IMG/VR virus record: IMGVR_UViG_3300028832_000003
Span: 64,001 to 128,000 of that record
Length of the DNA stretch: 64,000 nucleotides
Reading direction: 5' to 3' (one strand)
Origin: a virus
Lineage: Duplodnaviria > Heunggongvirae > Uroviricota > Caudoviricetes
Part shown: positions 11,180 through 21,608 of the stretch, in pieces
How the letters are laid out: each line of letters begins with the position of its first letter
Numbering within the stretch: the first letter of the stretch is position 1
Program-made: the position numbers and the translations under genes
Notes under the pieces: model-generated
Database searches by the model: none
What the model saw: the letters and a program-made list of their open reading frames with translations, nothing else
What the model was told of the DNA's origin: nothing

Positions 11180-11755
11180 TTATTTCCTCATATTTCCTAA
11201 AGTGTCCATAATCATTTTTACTTTATCTTCATCTAAGTTCTCAAGAGACTTGGAAAGCCCTTCAAGAACTGGAGCAATGGTTGCTCCGGCAAGAGTGCCA
11301 AATCTGGTTACCTGACTCTGAATAAATGCCTGCGGAGTCAATTCATTCTGAATTGCATCATTCCATGTCATTTCAATAAACATCTGACACTCGGTGATTT
11401 CTTTTTCACCAATGCTGTTAATGATTGTCTCAATCAATCCGTTTGAATTGAGTAAGTCATACTCCGCAAGAAGATTGTTAGTATCAATCTCCAAATCCGT
11501 ATATAACTCAATCAATCCCATAATATGTAAAACATACTTGCTTACGGAATTAATCTTAAGTCCATTAACATTACCAGCTTCGTCATGACTGTGGATTGAT
11601 ACAGCCGTCACTCTTTCCGCAAGATTAATCTTATCTACGACTCCTACATAGGACTTTGTTTTAAGAAGATCATTAATCTTAGTTGCCCTGATTTTTTCGT
11701 TTACAACTTTCGCATTAGTCTCATTAACCGCATCTATAAATTCCTTTATCTTCAT
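11180..11755 (-). CDS. Hypothetical protein, possible tail assembly chaperone
   Basis: Start MKIKEF after GAGGAGG; position in tail region. The function is a guess. Confidence 0.6.
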   Translation of the reverse strand: MKIKEFIDAVNETNAKVVNEKIRATKINDLLKTKSYVGVVDKINLAERVTAVSIHSHDEAGNVNGLKINSVSKYVLHIMGLIELYTDLEIDTNNLLAEYDLLNSNGLIETIINSIGEKEITECQMFIEMTWNDAIQNELTPQAFIQSQVTRFGTLAGATIAPVLEGLSKSLENLDEDKVKMIMDTLGNMRK

Positions 11756-11756
11756 T

Positions 11757-11993
11757 TTATTCCTCCTCGATTTCTTCCGTTTCTTCATTATCCTCATCGT
11801 CAGATATTTCTTCTTCAACATCTGACTCATCATTATTTAATTCTCCATTTTCTATCCTAATAAGCTGATTTGACACCTCACATGACATGTTAATCAACTT
11901 CGCCAAAGGCTCTTCTTCACCATTCTCAGTTAAAAGGATTAGTTTTCTAAGGTGAGTGAGTATTGATTCCATAAGACATTTATTATTGCTCAT
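11757..11993 (-). CDS. Hypothetical acidic protein
   Basis: 78-aa ORF, GGGGTGA RBS, tight packing. Confidence 0.6.
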   Translation of the reverse strand: MSNNKCLMESILTHLRKLILLTENGEEEPLAKLINMSCEVSNQLIRIENGELNNDESDVEEEISDDEDNEETEEIEEE

Positions 11994-11999
11994 GATTTA

Positions 12000-12485
12000 T
12001 CACCCCTTAAAATTATTTATGTAAGCCATTCCGATTAAAATAGCATCGGATTGATCGTCATTTTCTACCTCAATATTAAACAGTTCCTTTACTTTGTTTT
12101 TTCCCCACTCCTTAAGTTCATCTCTTTTCCTTGGAAGTTTTTCTCCCTTTTCCGAAACAAGTTTACGCCACTCCGTTGGTCTGAACGGATAGTAGAAGAT
12201 ATGTTTATCAACACACTTACCAAGAATTGCACCAACAAGCATTGATAAATCTCGTTGCACCTGTGGGTTGCGAATAACAACTGGGACTTCCCAAGTTACA
12301 ATGTCTGGCTTATATTTAGATATTGTTTTATATATGCCCAATATCATCTGGTTAAACCGCTCTTTTGAATCTTTTATTTTTGATAAATCAATTGAACCTT
12401 TATCAATCAGTTTTCCATTTTCAAAATATGCATACCCAGTTGATTTCGTTGAACTGTCTAAACTCAATAATTTACATATACCCAT
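12000..12485 (-). CDS. RuvC-like Holliday junction resolvase
   Basis: LSLDSSTKSTGYA, WE, PTEWRK and DDQSDAILIG acidic RNase H-fold motifs. Confidence 0.85.
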   Translation of the reverse strand: MGICKLLSLDSSTKSTGYAYFENGKLIDKGSIDLSKIKDSKERFNQMILGIYKTISKYKPDIVTWEVPVVIRNPQVQRDLSMLVGAILGKCVDKHIFYYPFRPTEWRKLVSEKGEKLPRKRDELKEWGKNKVKELFNIEVENDDQSDAILIGMAYINNFKG

Positions 12486-12529
12486 AATAAAAATAGGAGA
12501 GCAGTAGTAGTACCTGCCCTCCGTCTCCT

Positions 12530-13045
12530 TTATCTAAAATCACCGTTTTTCAGGTGTTCCCTAAATGCATCCTTGATGTAGACAATCGTCTCATCAATAA
12601 CTCCATTTGTTTTACCTTGTTCTTTAAGGATTTTCTCATATTGGTCATATGTTTTAATAATAAAATCATATGTCTCCCTATTAAATTTTCTGCCATTGGA
12701 AATAGCAGAAGCGAAATCTAAAATTCTCCACCTCATATCCTCCGTGGATTTTTCAAAGAACATTTCAGAAAACCTATCTATTTCATCTCTAATCCTTTGA
12801 TCATGCTTAATAGATTCTTCTCTGTCAGTATCCTGCTGTTTCTTTAACATATCTATCGTTTCCGTCAGTTTCTCAATAGCTTCGTGATCATCGTTTTTAT
12901 TCTTAATCCATTTAACGGGTTTTCCAATGTATACAGATATCTTTTCAATTACTTGAAAGATTGCAACTAAAGCAAACAAAATAACAAAAATGGAAAAAAC
13001 TACTGACACTAAATTCAATTGAAGCAATTGTTCAATGTTTGTCAT
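12530..13045 (-). CDS. Membrane protein of the lysis module (holin-like)
   Basis: One N-terminal TM helix plus coiled coil; next to holin and endolysin. Confidence 0.65.
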   Translation of the reverse strand: MTNIEQLLQLNLVSVVFSIFVILFALVAIFQVIEKISVYIGKPVKWIKNKNDDHEAIEKLTETIDMLKKQQDTDREESIKHDQRIRDEIDRFSEMFFEKSTEDMRWRILDFASAISNGRKFNRETYDFIIKTYDQYEKILKEQGKTNGVIDETIVYIKDAFREHLKNGDFR

Positions 13046-13063
13046 GTCACGCCTCCATTTCTG

Positions 13064-13375
13064 TTATTTGTCTACCTTTCCGAATAAAGCATAAATAAAT
13101 GCTTTCACTGTATCATAACCAACCGTACTTCCAATAACGTTAACAATTCCCATGCATACGGCATAAACCGCTACAAGATAATTCATTGCCATATTTCCTT
13201 GAAGTGCATAAATGACTACCTCTGCAACTCCAACAAGAAATGCCGTGATTACGGCAACTATAATCGGCTTATAACTCCACTTGAAACTGTCAAACAGTTT
13301 CTTGATAATCTCAATGCCGATAGAAGTAGCTGCGGCACTAATAACCAAAATGCCAATAAATGTTTCAACAGACAT
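13064..13375 (-). CDS. Holin
   Basis: 103 aa with three hydrophobic segments, immediately downstream of the endolysin. Confidence 0.75.
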   Translation of the reverse strand: MSVETFIGILVISAAATSIGIEIIKKLFDSFKWSYKPIIVAVITAFLVGVAEVVIYALQGNMAMNYLVAVYAVCMGIVNVIGSTVGYDTVKAFIYALFGKVDK

Positions 13376-13388
13376 AGTTCGCTCCTTT

Positions 13389-14993
13389 CTACAAGAGTTT
13401 CAGAAACTCATTGTTATCTATTTTTAATCCGTCATCTCCGAATTTAATCTTCGATGCTTTTGTTAAACCATTACCATAAGACCCCGGATACTCAACTCCA
13501 TTAGGATCAATGTCATTGAGATACATCAGGATTTCAGCTGCGGTAACCATGAATTGACGCTCACCTCTCTTAACATAATGAGCGCCAAGTTTTGCTTTAG
13601 ATTTAGGCCCAAAGATACCGTCCTCAGCAATTTGATTGTCTTTATAATCAATGTTCATCGCATGCTGGAGTACTCTTGCTTTAGCCTTTGAAATATCCGT
13701 TTCATTGACTCCAGTAAACTCCCTTGCATATGCAAGCCCCTTTGTAACCAATCCAGTTACCGGAGTGGGAGATGGGGTGGGTTCTGGAGTAGGAGTCGGA
13801 ACAGTACCAAGTAACCACTCTGCAATACACTCAGCTTCAGCCTTTGCAAGCTTATCAAGATTGTCATCATTTAATAACCACATTGTGGCTGCTTTGTTTG
13901 TATGGAATGAATGCTCAAGGATAAGTCCAGGAGTGTTAGCCATTCTAGCACCATGGAGAACACCATAGTAATTATCATTAGACAATCCATCTTTGTTTCT
14001 GTCGCTCTGTGCATTCCTCGTAAGAACTTTATATCCAACACCCATTATCTTACCAATCACTGGTGCAATCTTATTTGCAAATTCCTTTGACAAATCGTCA
14101 ACATTAGTGGTAGTGTCATTTGACAAATGATAAATTGCGGCATAATTTACGGACTCAGTACCACATGCATTACTATGAAGTGACAAAAATAAATCACATC
14201 CCTTAGATGCCATTCCCCTAGATACCAATGCCATATCCTTATCTTTGTTTGCTCTTGTCGTGATTACCTCAATTCCTAGTTGTTCCAAATAATTCTTCAA
14301 AAGAAGATGAAGTTTCCAAACCATGTCGGACTCATAATATTCAGGAACAACGGGAGAACGGTTATATTTTCCGTAATGTCCAGCATCTAAACATACTTTC
14401 TTTTTCGCCATAGTCTCATCACCACCTTCCTTTGTTTGTAAAATCTTATCTAAAATATTTATTATCTGATAACCGTAAGAATCTTTTGCTTTGTTTGCAT
14501 CTTCCAAAGTCTTATACTTTTTTGTGTCATATCCCGGAACAGCCCATGTCCCGGCTAGATCTTCAATGCTCTTTGCACTGCCACCTTTTGCAATTAAAAA
14601 CCATGCGGTTCTTCGAGGATCAACGCATGGCATTTTTAAATCATCCATTGTGGCATATGTCTTAAGGTGTTGTGCATGTGCTAGAATACCTTCAGAGATG
14701 GTATTAAATTCGCATCCATGCACTCCATTCCCTGTTGCACCAAGACCACAAAAATTATTCTGTTTATAAGATACGTCACCATTAAAAGAAAAATTGCCAG
14801 TCTCTTTACATGCCTGTGCAAAAGCTAAGTCTCCACGGACTCCTTCTTGTTCACACACATCAAGATATAACTGGCAAAAATCTATAATACTAATGTTAGT
14901 TGTAAATTTTGGATTGTCGTTTACGGACGACAAATATTTTGCCATCTGTTGTGCGGTGGCGATGGGTTCACCTAATATATCCATCGGTATCAC
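13389..14993 (-). CDS. Endolysin: glucosaminidase-like domain + Amidase_3 + PT linker + putative cell-wall-binding domain
   Basis: AFAQACKETG...NNFCGLG (glucosaminidase); LDAGH, SLHSNA, ILEHSFH (Zn amidase_3); PTPTPEPTPSPTP linker; EDGIFGPKS. Confidence 0.9.
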   Translation of the reverse strand: MIPMDILGEPIATAQQMAKYLSSVNDNPKFTTNISIIDFCQLYLDVCEQEGVRGDLAFAQACKETGNFSFNGDVSYKQNNFCGLGATGNGVHGCEFNTISEGILAHAQHLKTYATMDDLKMPCVDPRRTAWFLIAKGGSAKSIEDLAGTWAVPGYDTKKYKTLEDANKAKDSYGYQIINILDKILQTKEGGDETMAKKKVCLDAGHYGKYNRSPVVPEYYESDMVWKLHLLLKNYLEQLGIEVITTRANKDKDMALVSRGMASKGCDLFLSLHSNACGTESVNYAAIYHLSNDTTTNVDDLSKEFANKIAPVIGKIMGVGYKVLTRNAQSDRNKDGLSNDNYYGVLHGARMANTPGLILEHSFHTNKAATMWLLNDDNLDKLAKAEAECIAEWLLGTVPTPTPEPTPSPTPVTGLVTKGLAYAREFTGVNETDISKAKARVLQHAMNIDYKDNQIAEDGIFGPKSKAKLGAHYVKRGERQFMVTAAEILMYLNDIDPNGVEYPGSYGNGLTKASKIKFGDDGLKIDNNEFLKLL

Positions 14994-16105
14994 CCCCTTA
15001 AAAACTCAATGCATTCTTTAATGCATTTATATATGTTCTCAATATCAAAATATGTTTCTTGTCCACTAAAAGTAATTCTTATGCAAGAGTTAATGTCTTC
15101 AGTGGGTATTCCTATGGCAATAAGTGCAGACGAAGGAACTGAGTCTCCGTTGTTGCAAGCGGAGCCAGTAGAAACATATATGCCTTTTGTTTCAAGCAAA
15201 GCAACCAAATCTGATCCGTTAATTCCTTTAAAACAAACATACAAATTAAATGGTAACCTTTTAAACTCCTTATTAGTTCCTACGAGATAACAGTTTGGAA
15301 TGCCTATTCTAAACATTTCCCATAAGCAATCCCTTTGATAACCCATTACAAAATCATATTTGTAATTCTTTATAGCTTCGCCAAGGGATGCTATGCCTAC
15401 AACGTTTTCGGTTCCAGCAAACAAACCATTTTCCTGCGAACCGTAAATAATTGGATTTATGTAAATATCTTCCAGTTTATAAAGAACTCCAACTCCTTTA
15501 AGAGCATGGAGTTTATGGCCTGAAAACGTTGCAATGTCAACTCCTAAATCAAGAACATTAACCTTAAAATATGGTATGTAACCAGTCAAATCAACAACAA
15601 CAATACCATGATAATAATGAACTAACTTAGTTATTTCAAGAATCCTTTGAATTGTTCCGAGTTCGGAACTCGCTGCCTCAAAGCAAACAATTGATTGGTC
15701 TGGATAACATTTTTCAAGTTGTCTCTCTAAATCTTCAAGATCGATAAAACCATATTTATCAACCTTTAATTCATGATGATAACGATAATCAAGACAACAC
15801 TTTATCATGGATTTATGAGCAGTAGGAGAGTAGAAAAGACAATATTTATCTACTCCTTTCACTAATCCACTGATTGCTAAACTGTTTGCAGCCGATCCAC
15901 TTGAAGTAAAAATGATTTCAGAATTTGCTGGAGCATGAATAAATTTACTGACAGACTCACGTGCGTCTTCAATAATGTTTCTCGTTTTTTTGCCAAGGTC
16001 ATATGAAGAACTTGGATTTCCAAAATCATCTAATACCTCAATAATTTTATTTTTAACTTTGTCGGTAAGTGGCGTTGTCGCCGCATTGTCAAGATAATAC
16101 ATCAA
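14990..16105 (-). CDS. iscS: Cysteine desulfurase (IscS/NifS family, PLP-dependent)
   Basis: YLDNAATT, GNPSS, FSGHK (PLP Lys), GTENV, VSTGSAC (catalytic Cys). Confidence 0.9.
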   Translation of the reverse strand: MMYYLDNAATTPLTDKVKNKIIEVLDDFGNPSSSYDLGKKTRNIIEDARESVSKFIHAPANSEIIFTSSGSAANSLAISGLVKGVDKYCLFYSPTAHKSMIKCCLDYRYHHELKVDKYGFIDLEDLERQLEKCYPDQSIVCFEAASSELGTIQRILEITKLVHYYHGIVVVDLTGYIPYFKVNVLDLGVDIATFSGHKLHALKGVGVLYKLEDIYINPIIYGSQENGLFAGTENVVGIASLGEAIKNYKYDFVMGYQRDCLWEMFRIGIPNCYLVGTNKEFKRLPFNLYVCFKGINGSDLVALLETKGIYVSTGSACNNGDSVPSSALIAIGIPTEDINSCIRITFSGQETYFDIENIYKCIKECIEFLRG

Positions 16106-16347
16106 TCTTCTTCCTCCAGTAATACATATTTAATGCTCATTGGCAGTATAACCAAATCAAAATCATATTTCTGACAAATTGTTTTATATACTTCTTCAGC
16201 AACATATCTCGCTGCAAACTTGGTAGCCATCTGTATGTTATCAATAAACGAATAAGTACAACTTCCGTTACAAACAACATAGTTGGTTGGATTGTCGAAA
16301 GTTGCTATGACATATCTTTTTAATTCTTTTTCAATGTGTTCTATCAT
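16102..16347 (-). CDS. Hypothetical protein
   Basis: 81-aa ORF with GAGGTG RBS; overlaps the next gene by 4 nt. Confidence 0.65.
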   Translation of the reverse strand: MIEHIEKELKRYVIATFDNPTNYVVCNGSCTYSFIDNIQMATKFAARYVAEEVYKTICQKYDFDLVILPMSIKYVLLEEED

Positions 16348-16351
16348 GGGA

Positions 16352-16573
16352 TCACCTCAATTCATGGTTCTTCCACTTAATATATAATTCTCTAGTTTCT
16401 GTTTTATTAAACAGCATTACGAGAACTTCATTGTCAGAATATAAATCCTTTGTAACATACATGTCAACTGGATATGCATTGTGCTTTATATAAAGCTTTT
16501 GCTGTTTTGGATCTATAATTCTGATAACGTCATTTAATGAATACTTCTCATTGCTAAGTTTGCTAATTTCCAT
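16352..16573 (-). CDS. Hypothetical protein
   Basis: Start MEISKL after AAAGGAAG. Confidence 0.65.
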   Translation of the reverse strand: MEISKLSNEKYSLNDVIRIIDPKQQKLYIKHNAYPVDMYVTKDLYSDNEVLVMLFNKTETRELYIKWKNHELR

Positions 16574-16690
16574 ATTCAATCTTCCTTTGCATTCCTTATA
16601 GTGTAGTGTTGTTAAAAGTAAAAAAATGGGGCATACAAAACTCATCCGGTAGTGAGAGTGAACGTATACCCCTTATTAAAATCACTGACA

Positions 16691-17173
16691 CTACTTATAG
16701 TTTTTATTGAAATGTTTGTTATTTCCATTAAACTTATTCTCACGCTTGAAATTGTCCTGTTTTTTTGACTCTTCAACAACCTCGGACTTTTCCTCGGTAA
16801 TAACCTCTTCAACAACTGTAGCAGGTTCAACCACTTCCTCAACTGTTTCCTCAACAGGTTCAACAACCTCAATAACAGGCTCAGTAAACTTCTCATCTTT
16901 AGATGCGAGAATTTCCTGAATCTTCTGTCTAGTGCCAACATTAAATTCTTCATCATTAATCTTGGTTAAATCACAATCCTTCAGTTTATTATAAGCTTCA
17001 TCAATAGTGATAGCACCGTCTCTATAACCAGTAAGAATTTCATAAATGTTATTACAATTCTCCCCGTCAAAGATTGCATACCATGAAGGTTTTTTTCTGT
17101 CAGCACCACAGTTAGGACAATAAGAATAAGCAGTACCACAAATAATGCACTTCTTATTATTTTTAGCAATCAT
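16691..17173 (-). CDS. Hypothetical protein with N-terminal Cys cluster and EV-rich region
   Basis: CIICG...YCPNC...C motif; AAAGGA RBS. Confidence 0.7.
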   Translation of the reverse strand: MIAKNNKKCIICGTAYSYCPNCGADRKKPSWYAIFDGENCNNIYEILTGYRDGAITIDEAYNKLKDCDLTKINDEEFNVGTRQKIQEILASKDEKFTEPVIEVVEPVEETVEEVVEPATVVEEVITEEKSEVVEESKKQDNFKRENKFNGNNKHFNKNYK

Positions 17174-17198
17174 CCTTTTGATCTCCTTTTAGAAAATA

Positions 17199-17225
17199 AG
17201 GAGAGGGATATTACTCCCTCTCCTT
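17199..17225 (-). terminator. Intrinsic terminator after the major tail gene
   Basis: AGGAGAGGG/CCCTCTCCT hairpin followed by a T-rich tract on the minus strand. Confidence 0.65.
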
Positions 17226-17255
17226 ATGGTCATAAAATCATCGTAATGATTTAGA

Positions 17256-18380
17256 TTACTCCTCGTCATCCTGGCACATAACGATAGTGTACAGTTCCTT
17301 ATCAGCAGAGCAGTAAGCAACCTGCATGTCGCCGGTGTAGTCAAGAGTACCCTCGGTATTAACCGTAATGGATACTTCAGGGCTAACCTGGAAGGAAGGG
17401 ATGATGATGTAGCAAGCACGTCGATTTGTTATCTGCTAGTTTTTTATCTAGCATTCTATACCATTACAGCATAGTCCAGCATATCTATTTACCATAATCC
17501 TCTGCGGATTATCCTATCTGGTAGAGCGACCTCGTGGAAGGATTATATTCTTTTGTGTCTCAACAAAAGGTTCACCTTCTATGCGTTGCCGTTGACTTTA
17601 CTTTTAAATAAAGCCTTCACTGTCTGATTATGGTTACAAACCATTTTCCAGTTTATTTTCGCTCTAATAATCCGTAGTTTACTTGATAGGTTCACTACGG
17701 ACGGCACATTAGTGGCTATGTATTTATTATGCCACTAATACGTTTACCGTATCAGGCTCGCAAGGATCGATAGCAAGAGCCTTAAGCGTAAGCTTAACGG
17801 TGCTAGGGAACTTGTCGGAGCTGTTCGTAATCTTAACTGCATTAGGAGACTTTCTCTCGTACTTAACAACGAAACGATCAACGGTCGTGTCAGTAGGAAG
17901 AGTAAGAACACCAGTAGAGGTGTTGTAAATGAACTCGGTAGCAGATGCTGCGGTAGTACCAAGCGTATAAGCCTTGCCCATAGCACCGTTGTTACCAAGA
18001 GCATTAACTCTGATGGAACCAGCAACCATAAGTTCACCATCTGCAAGCAGGTCAACCGTCTCGGTGTCCTGATTTACGATGATAATCTTAGGAGCCTGGA
18101 TCTCAGTGCCAGAGCCAGCAACTTCCTTATCCGTACCGGTGGAAGATGCGAGAATGTTCAGGTTAAGCATTGCATTCGTTGCGGTGAAGGTACCAGACTT
18201 ACCCTGGTAGAACTTCTTAATCAGCGAACCCTCAGCAGAACGAGCTTCCTTGGACTCAGCAGTAGTCTCAATGGTAGCCTCGGAAAGCTGGGTAAGAGTA
18301 TAGAGCAGAGTGCCATCGGTCTTCTCTGCAACAGCAATTTGAATTCGATCAATTACGATATCATCCAACTTAAATGCCAT
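17256..18380 (-). CDS. Major tail (tube) protein, 266 aa after splicing; exons 18380-17746 and 17421-17256
   Basis: Exon1 ...AIDPCEPDT(GT) + (A)RACYIIIPSFQVSPEVSI...QDDEE* join in frame; both exons share high-expression codon usage. Confidence 0.8.
17422..17745 (-). ncRNA. Group I intron (324 nt, no ORF) in the major tail gene
   Basis: 5' exon ends in U (ACGGU) and pairs with intron GCCGU (P1 with U.G); intron ends in G; core GCAACGCAUAG...AUAUAAUC...GAUAUGCUGGACU shared with the other two introns. Confidence 0.85.
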
Positions 18381-18513
18381 CTTAGTTTTCCTCCTTAATA
18401 GATTTTTAGTACATTTAAAATACAAAAAAGACCTAGAAAACTAAGCCTTTTAATAATGTTTAGATAACTCAAAAATCAGAGTTTTAACAACATCTAATTT
18501 TTGTGAGCTTCTG

Positions 18514-19344
18514 TTATTCATTTAAATCTTTCATCCAATTCAGTTCCTTATCAAGGTTCTTCATCTTGGATGTGTCTATCATGCCAGAGTAAATGCCCTT
18601 CATAAGTGCAGTCACGCTTTCGTAAGTTTGGAGTCTGCGAACAGAATCCATAAACTCAACTATGCGAACTTCCTTAAGTTCAGATGTCTTATATTTGAAT
18701 CCCGGATGATTAACAAGTGCGGAGACTAACGGAAGAAGAAATGACTTCTCAATGTCAGTACCTTTCTTCTTTCGTTTCTCGGCCTCCATGTTCATCTTTT
18801 CTTCATCTATAATCCACTGTTTTGTAATCTTGCCTTTGGCATGTTCCGTCTTCGGATGTATGTTAAACATCCATCTGAGATACTCAACTATTTTAATGTA
18901 ATCCAGTTCATATATGCACGTGAGTTCGTCTAAACTAGATACGTCCATTTGAATTGGTTTACCTTCTTCGTCCCTTGGTATGTAAACCAACACGTCACAA
19001 TCAGCTTCGTTGTTATGAAATTCCTCAAACCATGAGAGATTTAAGTTACCAAACAAAAGCGACGTTTCATTGGGTGTGTAGTTCTTAATCAGAATTTTAA
19101 ACAAATCAAAGTCTGCTATGTCATTCCAATCAATTCCCATGTCCCATAACTGAACCCTAAATGACGTTGGATTTGCACATAATGTAGACACCATAGAAAA
19201 GAACTTTGAGTCACCGTATTCAAGGATGTCTCCAATCGACGGTTGTGAGATTTTAATTTTCCCATTAACCCAATAATCTTCCCCAAAGTATGCTCTTAGT
19301 TCATCAATATTAAGAAGGTTCTTTGTTTCAAGCTGTCCTTGCAT
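18514..19344 (-). CDS. Hypothetical morphogenesis protein
   Basis: 276-aa ORF in the neck/tail block. Confidence 0.7.
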   Translation of the reverse strand: MQGQLETKNLLNIDELRAYFGEDYWVNGKIKISQPSIGDILEYGDSKFFSMVSTLCANPTSFRVQLWDMGIDWNDIADFDLFKILIKNYTPNETSLLFGNLNLSWFEEFHNNEADCDVLVYIPRDEEGKPIQMDVSSLDELTCIYELDYIKIVEYLRWMFNIHPKTEHAKGKITKQWIIDEEKMNMEAEKRKKKGTDIEKSFLLPLVSALVNHPGFKYKTSELKEVRIVEFMDSVRRLQTYESVTALMKGIYSGMIDTSKMKNLDKELNWMKDLNE

Positions 19345-19348
19345 AAAA

Positions 19349-19993
19349 TCACATCCTTCCTAATTTATTAATGACATTAGTTGATTGTCTCTTGTCGTTA
19401 CCATTTCCACGAATGGTTGTCTGAACAATATTGTTCGGCATCGTGCATTGGAATACGAGGGTGCGAACCACGTATTTATAATCCGTCATGGATTCCCTGT
19501 CGGATATTATTCTGCACTGCGTACCAAATATATTAGTCCAGTTGAGTTTATCCCTAATGATTGCAGCTATGAGGTCATGACGGGGCAGCCCGGTGTTTAA
19601 ATCAACCCTATCTCCGGCATGAACAAATATGGTGAAGGTTACGAGGCAATATTTTTCTACGGAATTAAATCTCGGAGTTTCTTCAAAATGCGTCTGATAG
19701 CAAACATAGTTCTTAACGTCATCCTGAGTATCAGGAATAAACAGATAAGGTCTGAAGTTTCCGTCATGATATGCATCCGAGAAAAATCTGTCCCATTCTC
19801 CATCATAATTAATAGTACCATCCTCATTGAACAACTCGTCCATCAAGGAGTTCTCATTAATTGCATACAATATTTCTGGACAACCCATAAAAGCTTGTTG
19901 TATCTTCTGTTTAAAGATAACGTTGTCATCATCTGGACTTTCAGAGAAGAGCCGAAGCTTTTCCAAAAGGTCGTCTTTTGTAATAAGTTCCAT
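19349..19993 (-). CDS. Putative tail terminator/neck protein
   Basis: 214-aa ORF, GGAGG RBS; function inferred from position. Confidence 0.6.
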   Translation of the reverse strand: MELITKDDLLEKLRLFSESPDDDNVIFKQKIQQAFMGCPEILYAINENSLMDELFNEDGTINYDGEWDRFFSDAYHDGNFRPYLFIPDTQDDVKNYVCYQTHFEETPRFNSVEKYCLVTFTIFVHAGDRVDLNTGLPRHDLIAAIIRDKLNWTNIFGTQCRIISDRESMTDYKYVVRTLVFQCTMPNNIVQTTIRGNGNDKRQSTNVINKLGRM

Positions 19994-20005
19994 AACTCAC
20001 CCTCC

Positions 20006-21265
20006 TTATCCTATGATTGACAATGGAGCATCAACTGCTCCGTATGTATATATATTGGTATACAAATCAATAAAGATTGTTTTACCAATGTAATCCCTGT
20101 TAGCTGGGAACTTAATTTTAATCACGTTCGGATTTGTCTCCTGTTTAATAATCACGACGTCGTCGATGCGTTCGCCATGAGTATCTCCAATAAAGAATCT
20201 CCACTCGTGATTGTATTGTGCCATCTCGTCAGATATGTCATTACCTTCCGAATCCATGTAAGATGCAGTAATGGTTCTGTAACTGCCACCAACTTTAAGG
20301 GTAGTGCCAGTAGAAGTAAGCCTACAACTGATGTCTGTGGTAGGAGTAGGTTCAGGATCTGACTCAATAGGAGTTTGCTGGTCTGCCGAATAATAATCTG
20401 CAAGCATGGCGACAATGTTACCATTCTCGTCATACTCAATGTAATCGGTGTCGTCATTAAACGGTACTTGTTTAATTGTTACTTTCAGTAAACCAAGCGG
20501 TTTTGTGTTTTCAAGTTTTGACACTTGCCAAGTATTAGGATGCGGTACTTTCGCACTGATGATAAGACGTTGTGCATCTCCTAGATGATCATTATAACCG
20601 AATGTCTCAGTTATCTTGTTCATCGGAAGAATAAATTTGTCAACGTTATCAAGTGAAGTGAAGTAGCGGTCGATATATACGCCAGAAGTATAACTGTTCT
20701 GCGCCCTTGTGCATCCCCACATTCTGCGGATGTATTTCTTCCCATTAATAATCTGAACCCATTCAAAGCGGTAATCGCATGGAAGTATAACATATTTCAC
20801 AAACTGATTTGCTTCTTCATAATCACAGATTAACCAGCGGTAGTAAATACCTTTGTCATCGGGAATATCAACAAACATACCTATAAAATGTGAACTAGAA
20901 TACCTTTGTTTATAATCAGTTTCATAATAATATAGTTCGTCACCTTCCTCAAAATCAATCTTTTGACTAGGCTTAAATAACAGATGGTAAGCCACCTGAT
21001 CTTTGTCTATCGAACCATATGAACTGATTATAAACTTCGCATCTATCATAGTCTTGGTAGTGTTTTCATCATGCTCAATGTGATCTTTAAGAGTTGGCGT
21101 ATCATCATGAGCATAGTCATAGATAAAACATGTTCTGCTCTGGATGTCGTCAGACCATGTTTCTTCCATGAGAAAATCTGCAAAATCTTTATGATCTTGC
21201 CCAATGGTTTTAGCACCATTGGTTTTAACGGAATACATCCGTCTTGCAGTTTCTAGGCTTGGCAT
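20006..21265 (-). CDS. Putative head closure protein with C-terminal Ig-like domain
   Basis: 419 aa; PEPTPT linker followed by a beta-rich domain (LKVGGSYRTITA); position downstream of capsid. Confidence 0.6.
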   Translation of the reverse strand: MPSLETARRMYSVKTNGAKTIGQDHKDFADFLMEETWSDDIQSRTCFIYDYAHDDTPTLKDHIEHDENTTKTMIDAKFIISSYGSIDKDQVAYHLLFKPSQKIDFEEGDELYYYETDYKQRYSSSHFIGMFVDIPDDKGIYYRWLICDYEEANQFVKYVILPCDYRFEWVQIINGKKYIRRMWGCTRAQNSYTSGVYIDRYFTSLDNVDKFILPMNKITETFGYNDHLGDAQRLIISAKVPHPNTWQVSKLENTKPLGLLKVTIKQVPFNDDTDYIEYDENGNIVAMLADYYSADQQTPIESDPEPTPTTDISCRLTSTGTTLKVGGSYRTITASYMDSEGNDISDEMAQYNHEWRFFIGDTHGERIDDVVIIKQETNPNVIKIKFPANRDYIGKTIFIDLYTNIYTYGAVDAPLSIIG

Positions 21266-21267
21266 GG

Positions 21268-21606
21268 TTACACCCCCTTAAACATCGATGAGATGAATCC
21301 GTGTGCATCTAGAATCAATCTTCTGTACACGAAGTAGTCGAAGTCTTCCTTCTCAACTTCATCATAAGCAGCCTGTAACGTTGACATGAGAGATACCATT
21401 TGAACAGGTTCTCCAAGCAACGTGTTAAAACCGCCAAATCTGTACATGAGATTTTGAAAATAATGTAGGAACTGTTCCTCGTCATCGAAGATAGTTCCAG
21501 TTACGTTTTTGTCTTTATAAAGAAGAAGTTTATGAATTGCACTATGCATTGATTCGGCATTACACTCAATCTGTTTATCTGAAAATATTCCATACATATA
21601 TTCCAT
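21268..21606 (-). CDS. Hypothetical head-tail region protein
   Basis: 112-aa ORF, GAGGTG RBS. Confidence 0.65.
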   Translation of the reverse strand: MEYMYGIFSDKQIECNAESMHSAIHKLLLYKDKNVTGTIFDDEEQFLHYFQNLMYRFGGFNTLLGEPVQMVSLMSTLQAAYDEVEKEDFDYFVYRRLILDAHGFISSMFKGV

Positions 21607-21608
21607 GT

